IMG/VR virus record: IMGVR_UViG_3300031965_000022
Span: 1 to 64,000 of that record
Source: a virus
DNA: 64,000 bases
Strand: one strand, 5' to 3'
Positions 34,248 through 44,732 of this stretch are shown piece by piece (position 1 is the stretch's first letter; every line of letters begins with the position of its first letter). The notes under the pieces were generated by a model that was not told the DNA's origin, did not search any database, and saw nothing but the letters and a program-made list of their open reading frames with translations. The position numbers and the translations under genes were made by a program.

Positions 34248-36593
34248 ATGCCCGAGACCAAAATCCAACCCGGCTCCCTCAACCCTCGTGCTTTGGAGTT
34301 GGTGCGTCAGAGTTTCTGGGATGCGTCCGTTGACAACTTTACTAAGCCTCCGGCCCAGAACCCTGACGCCTTTGAGACCCTCAAGGATGTGGAGCCGGTG
34401 GTGGATAATCGCCTCAACCGCCGACGCGGCTACACGCTGTTGTCGAACCCCGTCACCGCCGCCCGTCGGATGTTTGAGACCCACTTCAGTACCACCGGCG
34501 GGACCCGCAACCGCATCATCCTTACAGCGGCGGATGGCTCCGGCGCTGACACCAAGGACAATAACATCACAGTCATCAACGAGAATGGAGACTTGCTCAC
34601 TGACCTATTCAATCCTTCGTCCTCAGCCACAGCCCACCCGTACATAGCTCTGAGTAGGGAATTTGCCTACATCTTAGATGGGGCCTCAGCAGACCAGAAG
34701 AAGTGGGACGGAGATGAGGCATTAACGGCTGGGTCCCTAACCAATTGGGGTGCGAGCGCCAGCGGAGCGGTCTTTGCCGCCGCTACGGGGGCGGGGGACA
34801 TCACTGGAGTTGAGGTGGGACGGCGGTACAAAGTTGCCTTCCTTTACACCCCCACAGGTCATGCGTGGTTGTACGACATTACCTCTGGTGGGACGAATGA
34901 GGAGCACACCACTGATTCGGTGGACTCAGGACCCCTTGACTCTAATGACGTGGACCTCTCCAGCATCCCCACCTTTACAGTTGGGACCACCGGACTCGTC
35001 TCGGCGTCCATCCACCGGGTCATCCTTGCCGCATCGGATGGCGGCCCACTGGATACCCTTTATGAGGTGGGGAGGATCACCGACAACACCACCACGACCT
35101 TCCGAGACAACGTAACGGAGAACGCCCTTCTCGCCTCGCCGGTGTGGTCGGAGCTTGGGGACGACGGACGGGAATACGGCATCTATGACAACACCCCACC
35201 GTCAACAACGATTCCTACCGCAACAATTGTGGTGCCGCACCGCGACCGCCTCGTCGCACTAACCGAGCAGTTTCTGTTCTGGTCCAAAAGCCTCAATGAT
35301 CTAACCACCTCCACAGGCCAAATCACGGGACGTTACGAGGAATGCTGGCCCTCTGCGAACCAGATGCCGGTAGCAATTTACTCAGAGTTCGGGCGCGGAA
35401 TACTCAGCGACGGCGTGCGTCTGTACATCGCTACTGATCGGGGTATCCGCTACGTCACTGACCCCGCAAGCGGACTTCCCGCTAAGACCATCCACCAAGA
35501 AGTGGGATTGATGCGCCAAGATACATGGAAACTGGTATTCCATGGGGGTGAGCAGGTGGGGAGTATCTGGCTGACGCCTGACCGCCGCGTCATCGCCAAT
35601 GACTTCAACACCTATGGAGACATTGGGAGACCCATACAAACCACCCTCGATGCTATCAATGTGGCGCGGGCTCGGCGGATCGCCACAGCGACCTTCGTCA
35701 CCGATGGGCAGTATGAGTTGTATATGCTGGCAGTCCCCGCACCGGGGATTGCGACTGTGACGGCCAACTCCGGCACCTCCACCGCTGGGACCGCCACAAC
35801 CCTGACCCTCGCGGCGGGCGCGTCGGCTATTGACGATGCCTACAACTCTTACACCCTTAACATTACCTCTGGGGCGGCAAGCGGCCTCAGCAGCACCATC
35901 ACAGACTATAACGGCACCACCAAGGTCGCCACGGTATCACCCGCCTTTGCCACGACCCCGAGTGACACCCCAACCTATACGGTGAAGATTCCCGAAAACG
36001 ACACCCTGCTAGTCTATGATGTGGTAAAGCATCGGTGGTTCACTTGGTACCCCGCCGACACCTTAAGCGCCAACACCGGCTACGGTGTCTTCTCCCAGGC
36101 ATACCTCCAGGACATTGTGAACAACCGCTCACTGTGGCTGTTTGCCACCAACAATGGAGGCACCTTAGAGGGCCGTGTCTACCGCTGGCATACGGGCACA
36201 GACTTGGCAACGGCCACGAACTTCCGGGATCGCAACTCAACAGGCGAGACGCCCGTCACCTACGACGTTGATATTATTACCACATGGCTTGACTGGGGCA
36301 CCCCAACTGTGGTAAAATTTCTTAATGACCTCGAAGTCATCACAGGTGACTCCGGGTTGACGGTCGCCGTAGACGGTGCGAATACGGCAGCGCAATTTGC
36401 CTCACCCACCGCAGTCCTTGCGGCGACCGCCGTTACCGCATCACCCTTTGGGAATTACCGCGTGGCACTGGCGGCTGCGACGGCACAGAAGTTCCGGTTT
36501 TACCGCTTCACCTTCAACTCTCCAGCGGGAACCACCCGCGACCTATTAGACTTCCTAAGGGTTGAGGCCGTTCCCCTTACATCGTTAATTTGA
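34248..36593 (+). CDS. tail tubular protein B-like / nozzle-like structural protein (by size and order)
   Basis: 781 aa beta-rich. Confidence 0.6.
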   Translation: MPETKIQPGSLNPRALELVRQSFWDASVDNFTKPPAQNPDAFETLKDVEPVVDNRLNRRRGYTLLSNPVTAARRMFETHFSTTGGTRNRIILTAADGSGADTKDNNITVINENGDLLTDLFNPSSSATAHPYIALSREFAYILDGASADQKKWDGDEALTAGSLTNWGASASGAVFAAATGAGDITGVEVGRRYKVAFLYTPTGHAWLYDITSGGTNEEHTTDSVDSGPLDSNDVDLSSIPTFTVGTTGLVSASIHRVILAASDGGPLDTLYEVGRITDNTTTTFRDNVTENALLASPVWSELGDDGREYGIYDNTPPSTTIPTATIVVPHRDRLVALTEQFLFWSKSLNDLTTSTGQITGRYEECWPSANQMPVAIYSEFGRGILSDGVRLYIATDRGIRYVTDPASGLPAKTIHQEVGLMRQDTWKLVFHGGEQVGSIWLTPDRRVIANDFNTYGDIGRPIQTTLDAINVARARRIATATFVTDGQYELYMLAVPAPGIATVTANSGTSTAGTATTLTLAAGASAIDDAYNSYTLNITSGAASGLSSTITDYNGTTKVATVSPAFATTPSDTPTYTVKIPENDTLLVYDVVKHRWFTWYPADTLSANTGYGVFSQAYLQDIVNNRSLWLFATNNGGTLEGRVYRWHTGTDLATATNFRDRNSTGETPVTYDVDIITTWLDWGTPTVVKFLNDLEVITGDSGLTVAVDGANTAAQFASPTAVLAATAVTASPFGNYRVALAAATAQKFRFYRFTFNSPAGTTRDLLDFLRVEAVPLTSLI

Positions 36594-36599
36594 GGTCCT

Positions 36600-38258
36600 A
36601 TGCCCCGCACCAACATTCCTAACCCGACCGACGACGCTCAGTGGAAGAGGGGGGTTACTGAGACGCTGCGGAAGCTCGCCCGACGGCACATGCAGGTAGC
36701 GGTCGTGGGAGGTGGTGGGGGTTCAGGGCTTGGGGAGAGCGATGTTACCAACCTGATTGACACCAACTCCTATGTAACAATTCAGGATGAAGGGACGCCG
36801 CTCACTCAACGGAACGTCATCAACTTCATCGGGGCGACCGTCACCGCCGCAGATGATGCCGGGAACACGCGGACCAATGTCACAGTCACATCATCTGGCT
36901 CAGGCTATGACACGATTCAGGAGGAGGGTGCGGGTCTTACACAGCGTAGTACCTTTAACTTCATCGGGTCTGCAGTCACAGCCTCCGACAACGCCGCCAG
37001 TACCCGTACAGATGTTAGGGTGACATCCATGCCAGGGCCGGAGTTGAAGGGGGAGGGAGGCATCTTCGGGAGTATCATCAACGCCAAACTAGGGGCTACT
37101 CCATTTCCGCCGTTTATCTCTAGCACCGCTGCAACCCCCGCACCCACCAATCAGGATTACATCTGCCCTGCTACGGGTTGGGTCTATAATCCAGCGGTGC
37201 GGCATGGGGATGAGACCAGCGCCAATGGTGTCACCTACCGGCTGGGATTGCAGGTCAACGGCACTAACTATTGGGGCGGGGTGATTCAGCCACAGGCCGC
37301 CGCTGGAGCCTCAACTATCGACGATGTGGTGGTCACACGCATCCTTCGGGGGGACAACCTCAAAGTGCAATTCAATTCCACTGGAGCCAGTGAGAATACC
37401 TCCTTTGGCCCGTGGTCAGCAGAGTTCTTGGGGGATGGTAGCGAGATTATCTTGGGCGGCCCGATTGTTGGCGCTGCTGGGGCCTCTATCTTCAACCCCA
37501 TTTTCGGGCACGCCGCCAACCCGACAGAGGCTAATGCCCGAACACCTATGATCGCCGGAACGATGAAGTGGCTGTACCTGAAACTCAATGTTGGCTTGTC
37601 AGGAGATGCTGGAGAGAGCGCTACATTTACTATCTACAAGAACGGCAGTCCTACATCTTTGGCTGTAACCGTGCCTGTAGATGGCCTCGCACCCTTTGAT
37701 GGGGGTCTCGACAACACCGTCTGGGCAGACTTGACTAACACTGTAGTCTTTGCAGAGGGAGATACTATCAGTGCCGAAACCACAACCTCACACGCATCTG
37801 TTGGATCACTCGATGCGTTGTGCAGCTTCGCTTTTGTTCCTGACGACGCTACAGAGATTGCTCTATTCGGGACGTACCAAGACAATCTCCAGGTTGGCGC
37901 GACAATAAAATATCTTACGCCCTTCGTAAGAGGCAATGGTACTTGGGCAAATACTGAAGCCAACACCATGCTGGTAATGCCCCGAGCCGGGACCGTCCCT
38001 GCAGATGGTCTACAAGCCTATTTCTATACCGCAACGACTGGTTCTAACGTCCATATCTTTACAGTCAGAAAAAACGGTGTTGACTCCGGCGTCGTCTTAA
38101 CATTCAATGCGGCCTCTGGTACTGGCGTCGTTACGAGTTCCGGGACTCCGGTGGACTTTGAACAGGGGGACGTTCTTTCCATCTCAGCGGATGGCAGTGG
38201 GTACGTCAGTGGGGTGCAAGGTGCTTTAGGAGCTTGGTGCCTCAAAATCACCACATAA
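36600..38258 (+). CDS. tail fibre-like protein
   Basis: 552 aa; repeated ..NFIGATVTA.D.A.NTRT.V.VTS.. segments near the N-terminus. Confidence 0.6.
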   Translation: MPRTNIPNPTDDAQWKRGVTETLRKLARRHMQVAVVGGGGGSGLGESDVTNLIDTNSYVTIQDEGTPLTQRNVINFIGATVTAADDAGNTRTNVTVTSSGSGYDTIQEEGAGLTQRSTFNFIGSAVTASDNAASTRTDVRVTSMPGPELKGEGGIFGSIINAKLGATPFPPFISSTAATPAPTNQDYICPATGWVYNPAVRHGDETSANGVTYRLGLQVNGTNYWGGVIQPQAAAGASTIDDVVVTRILRGDNLKVQFNSTGASENTSFGPWSAEFLGDGSEIILGGPIVGAAGASIFNPIFGHAANPTEANARTPMIAGTMKWLYLKLNVGLSGDAGESATFTIYKNGSPTSLAVTVPVDGLAPFDGGLDNTVWADLTNTVVFAEGDTISAETTTSHASVGSLDALCSFAFVPDDATEIALFGTYQDNLQVGATIKYLTPFVRGNGTWANTEANTMLVMPRAGTVPADGLQAYFYTATTGSNVHIFTVRKNGVDSGVVLTFNAASGTGVVTSSGTPVDFEQGDVLSISADGSGYVSGVQGALGAWCLKITT

Positions 38259-38277
38259 AAATCACACGGGGGCTGCA

Positions 38278-38514
38278 ATGGCAGATGAGCGTCGTACTGG
38301 GCACCTACAACTCGTAGCGGACGTGGCGGTCCTGAAGGACCGAGTAGAGAAGTTGCACGATGCCCTGCTTGGAAACGGCCAGCCAGGGCTCTTACAACAG
38401 CTTGACACACGAGTTTCATCCCTTGAGCACTTTAAGGTGTGGGTGCAGGGTGTTGGGGCGGCTATAGGCGGCGTTTTTGCCATTGCAATGACGGCCTTGG
38501 GGATGAGAAAGTAG
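38278..38514 (+). CDS. coiled-coil protein with C-terminal TM
   Basis: VGAAIGGVFAIAMTALGM at the C-terminus. Confidence 0.5.
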   Translation: MADERRTGHLQLVADVAVLKDRVEKLHDALLGNGQPGLLQQLDTRVSSLEHFKVWVQGVGAAIGGVFAIAMTALGMRK

Positions 38515-38523
38515 GAGGCTAAT

Positions 38524-39888
38524 ATGGGTTGGTTTGATGCAGTTACAGGCGGTCTCAACGCTGCGGGAAACTTCTCCCAGAATCCCCTCGGCGGCTTCAT
38601 CTTCGGCGGGGCGGGTGGATACTTAGGTGGCGAATCTGAACGTGCGCGTGGACGTAACACCTCCAGTGGCTCTGGAACCTCCAACACCAGTTCCACCTCC
38701 ACCAATATCTTCGACCCGAGCGGCTTGGAAACCTACCGGGGGTTGCAGCCTCAAGGCGCAGCGGCGGTCTCAGACTACCTCCGCGACCCCTTTACCGCTG
38801 GGTACTTCAGCCGCCAGCAGCAACGCCTCAACGAGAACATCGCACAGCAGGGGAGGACGGCCCGCCAAGGGCTTCTGTCGCAGGTGGGACAGATGGGGCC
38901 GGGGGGCGTCAGCGGCCTATCGCCCTTTCTAGCCTCCGAATTTGGCCGGATCAACCGCTCCACCCAACGGTCCCAAGCCTCCGGGCTAACCGACCTCCTG
39001 GGGCAGGCAGAGCAGTTGCGAAGGGGCGCGGCAGAAACCGCCCTTAACTATCGCCCGTTGCAGACCGGTACATCCTCCACTGCCGAGGGTCGCACCTCCT
39101 TTGAACAGGAAACCGAACGGGGGTCGCCGCCCGCGTGGCAGAATATTCTAACCGGGGGCCTAGGCTCCATAGGGACTGGTGGGGGTCCTCAACAGACCAT
39201 CAACACCGCCCTCAACAATCCGTTGGTGAATAGCATCCTCGGTGGAGGTGGGGCTGCCGGTGGTGGCCTACCCGCTGTCCCCTCGGGGTTGAATGCCGTG
39301 GCCCCCACACTGGGCATTGGGATGACGGCTGCACCTGCCGCTTTTGGTCTGGCTGGGGCGGCACCCATCGCCGCACAGGTGGGGGGTGTGGCCGCAGGAA
39401 CCGGAGCCCTTACCGGCACTGGCGTAGCCTCGGGGCTTGCGGCTCCGGGGGCTGCGGGGGGCGCAGGAGGCTTAGGGGGTCTCCTAGGCGGTCTCGCGTC
39501 CAACCCCCTTACATGGGCTGGGGCAGCAGGTCTGGGGGGAGCCCTCTTAGCCAAGAAGTATGTCGGGCGCGGACGCCGCACTGCTGATGCTATCGTCCCC
39601 ACGCAGGAGAATGTGGACGCACAACTCCGCGACCTCACCGACAACTTCTGGCAGCAACACGCTGGGGGTAATAATCCCAACTTCGGCGCTCAAGATGTCC
39701 AACAATATCTTAACCAACTTGAAGAGATTCGCAATAACTTCGGCAACTTCCTCGGGAGCGGAAACCTCGGCCCTAACGACCCCCGAGCCATCAATCAGGC
39801 TACCAACGACATCGGCGGCCTTATCTCGCAGTTGCAGAACAACACCCGCAACAACTTCTTACCGTACTACCCAGAGCTTGGAGGGTAA
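38524..39888 (+). CDS. Gly/Ala-rich internal virion (ejection-like) protein
   Basis: long G/A-rich hydrophobic central region; AGGAGG SD. Confidence 0.6.
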   Translation: MGWFDAVTGGLNAAGNFSQNPLGGFIFGGAGGYLGGESERARGRNTSSGSGTSNTSSTSTNIFDPSGLETYRGLQPQGAAAVSDYLRDPFTAGYFSRQQQRLNENIAQQGRTARQGLLSQVGQMGPGGVSGLSPFLASEFGRINRSTQRSQASGLTDLLGQAEQLRRGAAETALNYRPLQTGTSSTAEGRTSFEQETERGSPPAWQNILTGGLGSIGTGGGPQQTINTALNNPLVNSILGGGGAAGGGLPAVPSGLNAVAPTLGIGMTAAPAAFGLAGAAPIAAQVGGVAAGTGALTGTGVASGLAAPGAAGGAGGLGGLLGGLASNPLTWAGAAGLGGALLAKKYVGRGRRTADAIVPTQENVDAQLRDLTDNFWQQHAGGNNPNFGAQDVQQYLNQLEEIRNNFGNFLGSGNLGPNDPRAINQATNDIGGLISQLQNNTRNNFLPYYPELGG

Positions 39889-39890
39889 GC

Positions 39891-41333
39891 ATGACGCCTT
39901 ATCAAACACTCGCAGAGCTATTGAGGCAGGTGCCGAACACGGAACTGCTGCGTCAAGGACTCCCGGACCCCGAGGGTGGGGCGCGGTACGCTACCACCGC
40001 GACCGCTGCGGCTCCCACTGCCCCAACTCCCCAACCCGTTCCCCAACCCCAACCGGCAGCCCCCACCACCCAGCCCGCCAGCCTTGAGGAGTGGATCGCC
40101 CGCCTCCGCCGCATGGGGGCGGAGATGACGCCCCCGTCAGTGTCTACGGACTTCTACGACCCCCAGAGTCAGTTTGGGCAACGTCACCCCACGCTGCGGG
40201 GCGTTTTGGAGCCATTCGTCCAGGGATATCTGGCGACCGCCCCCTCCTCACCCCTCCAGGGTGTGTACCAGCGGCGCATCGCTGGGCGGCAGGCTGAGGC
40301 CACCCGACCCCTTACGGGGATGAAGACTGCCGCTGAGATGTTGCAGACAGCACAGCAGATGCAATCGGCTGAAGCACAAAACCTCGCCCGCCAAACAACG
40401 GCGCAAAGACCCATCACCGCAGGTCCCGGCACTGCATTGTTCCGCCCGAACGAAAGTAAACCTTTTTACACCGTCCCTACAACCTCTTCAACCGAAAGAG
40501 CACCAACTCGCATTGAGTTGTTGTACAAAATGGCAACTCTAGAGCAGATTCCCGAGGCTCAACGCACACCCGAGGCCCAAAGGGAGTATCAGGTCCTTCA
40601 AGACGTATACAACAAATTACAGACACCTGCCACTCCTGCCCAACCCCCCAACCTGCAAAGAGAGGAGGTGCTTGTGCAGCGTCCTGGAGCCACAAAGGCC
40701 ACCCCCGAATTAGCCCTCATTGATCCTTCACCCTCCCCCACAGGGCCTCGTGTCCGTTCACTAACTGGAGAGGATATCACCGCTTTTGTTCAAGGACCCG
40801 CCCAGAACACTTCAAATCTAAGGTATATTGCTGGGTATGGGTTTGTGGACCCCAAGACCGCTGACTTGGTACGAGAACTGGCGGTACCGACCTCTACCAC
40901 TAGAACGATGCAGGAAGCCGCACCCAAGGTGATGAACCTGGCTGATACAGTTCTAAGACAGACACAAGAACAAACGGCACGTCTAGGCCCCCTACGTTCC
41001 CGATGGAATGAGTTCATAGCTGGACAGGTAGGAGCCCCCAACCCCGAGTTTACTCAGCTGCGTACAAACGTTGCCCTCCTCACAACTCTTCTATTGAGGA
41101 TGCACGTAGGGGCTCGTGGAGGGGAGCAAATGATGCAGCACTTCAAGGACTTGATGGATGTATCGATCCAATCCCCGGAGAACCTGGAAGCAGCCGTCCG
41201 TGAGGTGCGTGCATATGCAGAGTCGGTGGGAAAAAGCTCTATTACCGATTCTGGTGTAGCGGGAACCAGCGAAGGAAGTATGAGTCCAGCGGTCCAAGCC
41301 ATCATCGAGGGACTCCGCAACGCCGCACAATAA
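39891..41333 (+). CDS. internal virion protein-like
   Basis: 480 aa, Pro/Gln/Ala/Thr-rich N-terminal half. Confidence 0.6.
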   Translation: MTPYQTLAELLRQVPNTELLRQGLPDPEGGARYATTATAAAPTAPTPQPVPQPQPAAPTTQPASLEEWIARLRRMGAEMTPPSVSTDFYDPQSQFGQRHPTLRGVLEPFVQGYLATAPSSPLQGVYQRRIAGRQAEATRPLTGMKTAAEMLQTAQQMQSAEAQNLARQTTAQRPITAGPGTALFRPNESKPFYTVPTTSSTERAPTRIELLYKMATLEQIPEAQRTPEAQREYQVLQDVYNKLQTPATPAQPPNLQREEVLVQRPGATKATPELALIDPSPSPTGPRVRSLTGEDITAFVQGPAQNTSNLRYIAGYGFVDPKTADLVRELAVPTSTTRTMQEAAPKVMNLADTVLRQTQEQTARLGPLRSRWNEFIAGQVGAPNPEFTQLRTNVALLTTLLLRMHVGARGGEQMMQHFKDLMDVSIQSPENLEAAVREVRAYAESVGKSSITDSGVAGTSEGSMSPAVQAIIEGLRNAAQ

Positions 41334-41342
41334 GGAGAACCT

Positions 41343-43565
41343 ATGGGCCTCAGTCAAATTCTGCCGCTTATCCAAAACCTGCCCAATCCCCAGGACCGGG
41401 AGAATCTGCGTACAGCCCTCAACACCCTTCTACAACAGAATCCTAGCGGCAAGGAGGTGGCGATCTATGCACAGGCACTCCAAGCCCTTGCAGCGGATCA
41501 ACCTGCAGAGCGCCTAGAGGTCACTGCTCCTTTTCAAATGGAGAACCCCCTTGCGCCTGTGATTCGACCAGAACAAATTTATTCCGGTGCCTCCGAAGAG
41601 TTCCGAACCCCAATGGAGGGGGAGAGCCGTCTTGAGGCCGGAGTGCGTCAGTTTGGTCACGGAGTCGCTAGAGATGCCGCCCGCATCGGGTCTATGGCAA
41701 CCTCTGCCGCCCCATACGCGGCAGCAGCAGGAATAGCTGGTGCTCCCGCTGTGGCCGCCGCAGGATTTCCGGGAACTGCCGCTCTCCTCACCCATGCACC
41801 CTTTGTGTATGGCGCGGTAGAGGGGGGCAAGGAGTTGTGGCGTCCGGCAGAACCAGGAGAATCAATTCCCACACAGCTTCAGAATAAGTTGAATGCAGCC
41901 GCCGCCATCACACCCGCTGCCATAACTGCTAGGGCGGGGGTTCAGAGCCTTGGGCGAGGGCTAGAAGCTGTTGGAAGCCCCACAAAGTTTGCGGGACGCA
42001 TCACCCAAGAGGCGATGAACCGGGGGAATGCCTTTGCGCAGTTGCAGGAGTATTTGAATGACCGAGCAATTCTGACGCGGACGCACTTGAATGAAGTAGC
42101 GAGCCGCTACAAAACCTCTGCGGGTGAGGCTATACGGAAGGTCGGCACCCAAGTAGATAAACGGCTTCCAGGGGGGATCACCCCCCGAGCGGAGGTAGCA
42201 GCTAAGGCCCAAAAAACCCTTGCAGACATCATCAAGGTGCCGGAGAACCTGCCCTCCAGTGTACGAGCGTTGCTGCGTGGCGTAGATGAGGGAGCAGGAG
42301 GACTCACTGCTGCTGACCGGGAGTTGATGGCCCGCGCCCCCGCAGCCAAGGCAGCAATTGAAGAACAACTGGGAGCGGGGCAAAACCCCAACTACTCTTT
42401 TGTGGAGTTGCAACAACTCCGCAGCGATCTTGGGAGCCAACTAAACAGTGCCTCTGGGCCGACTCGCGCTGCTATGAGCGCCCTTTATAAGGACTTGTCC
42501 AGACGGCTCGACCGGGGCGCACGGCAGACTAACGTTCGGGGGTGGGGCAGGGCTGAGGCCCGCTGGAAAACCTACATCCAGGATTTTGAGTCGGGTCCGG
42601 TCGCTAAAATGAGAAACGGCGAAAACGCCCAAGAAATTTTAGGACCTCTTAGCGGCAGCACATACCAACAGGTTCGAGATACTCTAGGGAAGTACCAAAA
42701 AGGTTACGGCCTCGACGACAAGCTGGTCTGGAGCACTGGGAAGGAGTTCGATCTGGGTCCTAAATTTGCTAACATGGCCGAACCGACCCGGTGGGAGATC
42801 ATTCTTGCGCCCCTGACAAAAGGATTCAGCTTCGCTAAGGTGGTGCCGGGCAGGATTCTACAGGACCCCAAGAAATTGGCCGCTGTGGCGGAGGCGGGTC
42901 CCAAGGAGTTAGCACGCACCCGCGCTCGGGCACCTGTCACCCCCGAAGCACCAACACTCAGAGATGTGCGTGGACGAAGAGATGCTGAGGCCCGACTCCG
43001 CCGCTATGTCCGAGGCCCCCTGCGCCAGCGGGAGTTAGAAGCAGGAGAGAGAATGGCTCCCGAAGCCACAGCAGAGTCCCAATTGGCGGGGGCCGCTGAT
43101 CGATCACGCAGATCAGTGTTGGAGACTCCTGCAACACTTTTGGAGAAGCCCCCCACTCCAGCCCCCCGCACGATCCTGATACCTGAAGAACCTAGCTACG
43201 CGGGGTTGCAAGAGTTGTTGGAGCCCCAAGGGCGGCGAGTTCCCACTGTTGTAGACCGCAGAGGTATAACTCCCCAACGAGGGGACATCTCCATTCCTGG
43301 GGAGGAAGTACCATCTTCATTGTTGCGGAATCTGTTGCTGGGCGAGAGACCACTGAGATTGGTGCGTCCAGAGGAGGTGACCATGCGTCCTCCTCCACCC
43401 GCACCCTCTGCGCTACCCCCCAGCCCTGGGTTCGTTCGGGGGTTCGAGCAGGCAGCAGAAGTACCCGCCCAGCAGTTTACCCCAACTGTACAGCCTGCAA
43501 CTGCTACACCCTTGAGCCTACAACAAATTTTGGAGAGATGGAATCGGCTCCGTCGCCTTCCCTAA
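41343..43565 (+). CDS. large internal virion protein-like
   Basis: 740 aa; TAAGGAG SD; last gene of the plus-strand block. Confidence 0.6.
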   Translation: MGLSQILPLIQNLPNPQDRENLRTALNTLLQQNPSGKEVAIYAQALQALAADQPAERLEVTAPFQMENPLAPVIRPEQIYSGASEEFRTPMEGESRLEAGVRQFGHGVARDAARIGSMATSAAPYAAAAGIAGAPAVAAAGFPGTAALLTHAPFVYGAVEGGKELWRPAEPGESIPTQLQNKLNAAAAITPAAITARAGVQSLGRGLEAVGSPTKFAGRITQEAMNRGNAFAQLQEYLNDRAILTRTHLNEVASRYKTSAGEAIRKVGTQVDKRLPGGITPRAEVAAKAQKTLADIIKVPENLPSSVRALLRGVDEGAGGLTAADRELMARAPAAKAAIEEQLGAGQNPNYSFVELQQLRSDLGSQLNSASGPTRAAMSALYKDLSRRLDRGARQTNVRGWGRAEARWKTYIQDFESGPVAKMRNGENAQEILGPLSGSTYQQVRDTLGKYQKGYGLDDKLVWSTGKEFDLGPKFANMAEPTRWEIILAPLTKGFSFAKVVPGRILQDPKKLAAVAEAGPKELARTRARAPVTPEAPTLRDVRGRRDAEARLRRYVRGPLRQRELEAGERMAPEATAESQLAGAADRSRRSVLETPATLLEKPPTPAPRTILIPEEPSYAGLQELLEPQGRRVPTVVDRRGITPQRGDISIPGEEVPSSLLRNLLLGERPLRLVRPEEVTMRPPPPAPSALPPSPGFVRGFEQAAEVPAQQFTPTVQPATATPLSLQQILERWNRLRRLP

Positions 43566-43635
43566 AAAGCGTGACGGAGTATGTCTCTTATCAACCACTT
43601 CAACAACAAGCCGCCCACAAAAGCTGTAATCACGC

Positions 43636-44418
43636 CTAAGGTTCCCCCTCCCACACTCTCGGCATCTTCTTGACGCTCTCACCGTCCATTGCAGGTAGCG
43701 CCCACACCACGTCTGCGGAGGCCCGCAGCACCGGGTCGGGACGGATGCCTCGGCGCTGCTTGGCGCACCGGCCCGCCTTGATGATCTCCCAGAACTTGGC
43801 ACCGCCGGACCACGCCGCCCAAGCACGGCGTCCATTCCTCGCTGACAAGCCCATCCACCGCTTTAGCGCCGGGCCGCTCAAGGGCGACGCCTGGGACACC
43901 ACCTCTGCAAGATGGTAGAGGTCGTCACGCATCGGCGCAACCGCAAAAAGGTCGTCCCGCGTCGCCGTTTGCACCCGCCGCAAGTTCCACCCCCAGATAA
44001 AACCGAGTAGGAAGACCAGCCGTTGGTGCGGGAGAGTCATGCGCCGCCCGACGGCTAGGCCGCGTTCCTCCCACTCCAAGGTGTGGTCAGCGGCGCGGTG
44101 ACGAAGCCCAAGGGTGTAGCCGCAGCGCCGTATCTCTGGGATATAAAGAGCCATGCCGAAGCGGATGTTGGACCATTCCAGGAAGGCGCGAAGGTGCTTG
44201 GAGGCTTGGAATTTGGCTGAGGCGGTGGGGTGGCTATCGAGCCAGATGTCGGTGTGGGCCGGGGCGATCTCGTCCATCCACCCAGAGAAGAGGGATTCGG
44301 AGAAGCGGCGGATGGTCGCCCGACGCATCATCTGCATGTAAGGGCTGAGGGGCTTCTGACGACACCACGCGAGGTGCTGGTTGGCAGCGCGGGTGGTGGA
44401 GATGCGGGGGAGAGTCAA
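43636..44418 (-). CDS. hypothetical protein
   Basis: TTG start with GGAGGA SD; integrase-like features judged insufficient. Confidence 0.55.
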   Translation of the reverse strand: MTLPRISTTRAANQHLAWCRQKPLSPYMQMMRRATIRRFSESLFSGWMDEIAPAHTDIWLDSHPTASAKFQASKHLRAFLEWSNIRFGMALYIPEIRRCGYTLGLRHRAADHTLEWEERGLAVGRRMTLPHQRLVFLLGFIWGWNLRRVQTATRDDLFAVAPMRDDLYHLAEVVSQASPLSGPALKRWMGLSARNGRRAWAAWSGGAKFWEIIKAGRCAKQRRGIRPDPVLRASADVVWALPAMDGESVKKMPRVWEGEP

Positions 44419-44471
44419 CGGTGATCCTCCGGGGGATGGTAGATGAACCAGTTCTCTACACTATACTTCAT
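44415..44471 (-). CDS. micro-ORF (18 aa)
   Basis: AAAGGAG SD; TTGA overlap with the next start. Confidence 0.25.
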   Translation of the reverse strand: MKYSVENWFIYHPPEDHR

Positions 44472-44504
44472 TTGTTTTCTCCTTTGGGTTGGGGGATTCG
44501 TCGC

Positions 44505-44732
44505 TCATTTCGGCTCCCAGACTTCCGGCCTTCGGTCGCGCTGTGGGTCATAAACCACGATGGGCCGGATATTCTCCATCTCGTGCATCGTGGCCGCCAG
44601 GAGTGCCGCCGCCCTTATATCGGACGGCGTAATATTGCGCCCGCCAGCCGAATACAACAAGGCTCGGAACTGGTCTGTGAGTGCGTGGAATATCGGGTCT
44701 GTTTGATATCGGGCATAAGCGCTTGGGCTCAC
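44505..44732 (-). CDS. hypothetical protein
   Basis: GTG 44732 in GTGA overlap; AAGGAG 6 nt upstream. Confidence 0.55.
   Translation of the reverse strand: MSPSAYARYQTDPIFHALTDQFRALLYSAGGRNITPSDIRAAALLAATMHEMENIRPIVVYDPQRDRRPEVWEPK

Noticed and set aside
41343-43565. 740-aa protein as a tape measure protein
   Set aside because: There is no tail tube, sheath or chaperone-frameshift context. Gene order fits podovirus internal or ejection proteins better.
43636-44418. Tyrosine integrase at the end of the virion block
   Set aside because: Only vague resemblance exists (an N-terminal SAM-like segment and one Arg context). There is no HxxR box or C-terminal catalytic Tyr, and no adjacent att-like repeat. 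It is left as hypothetical.
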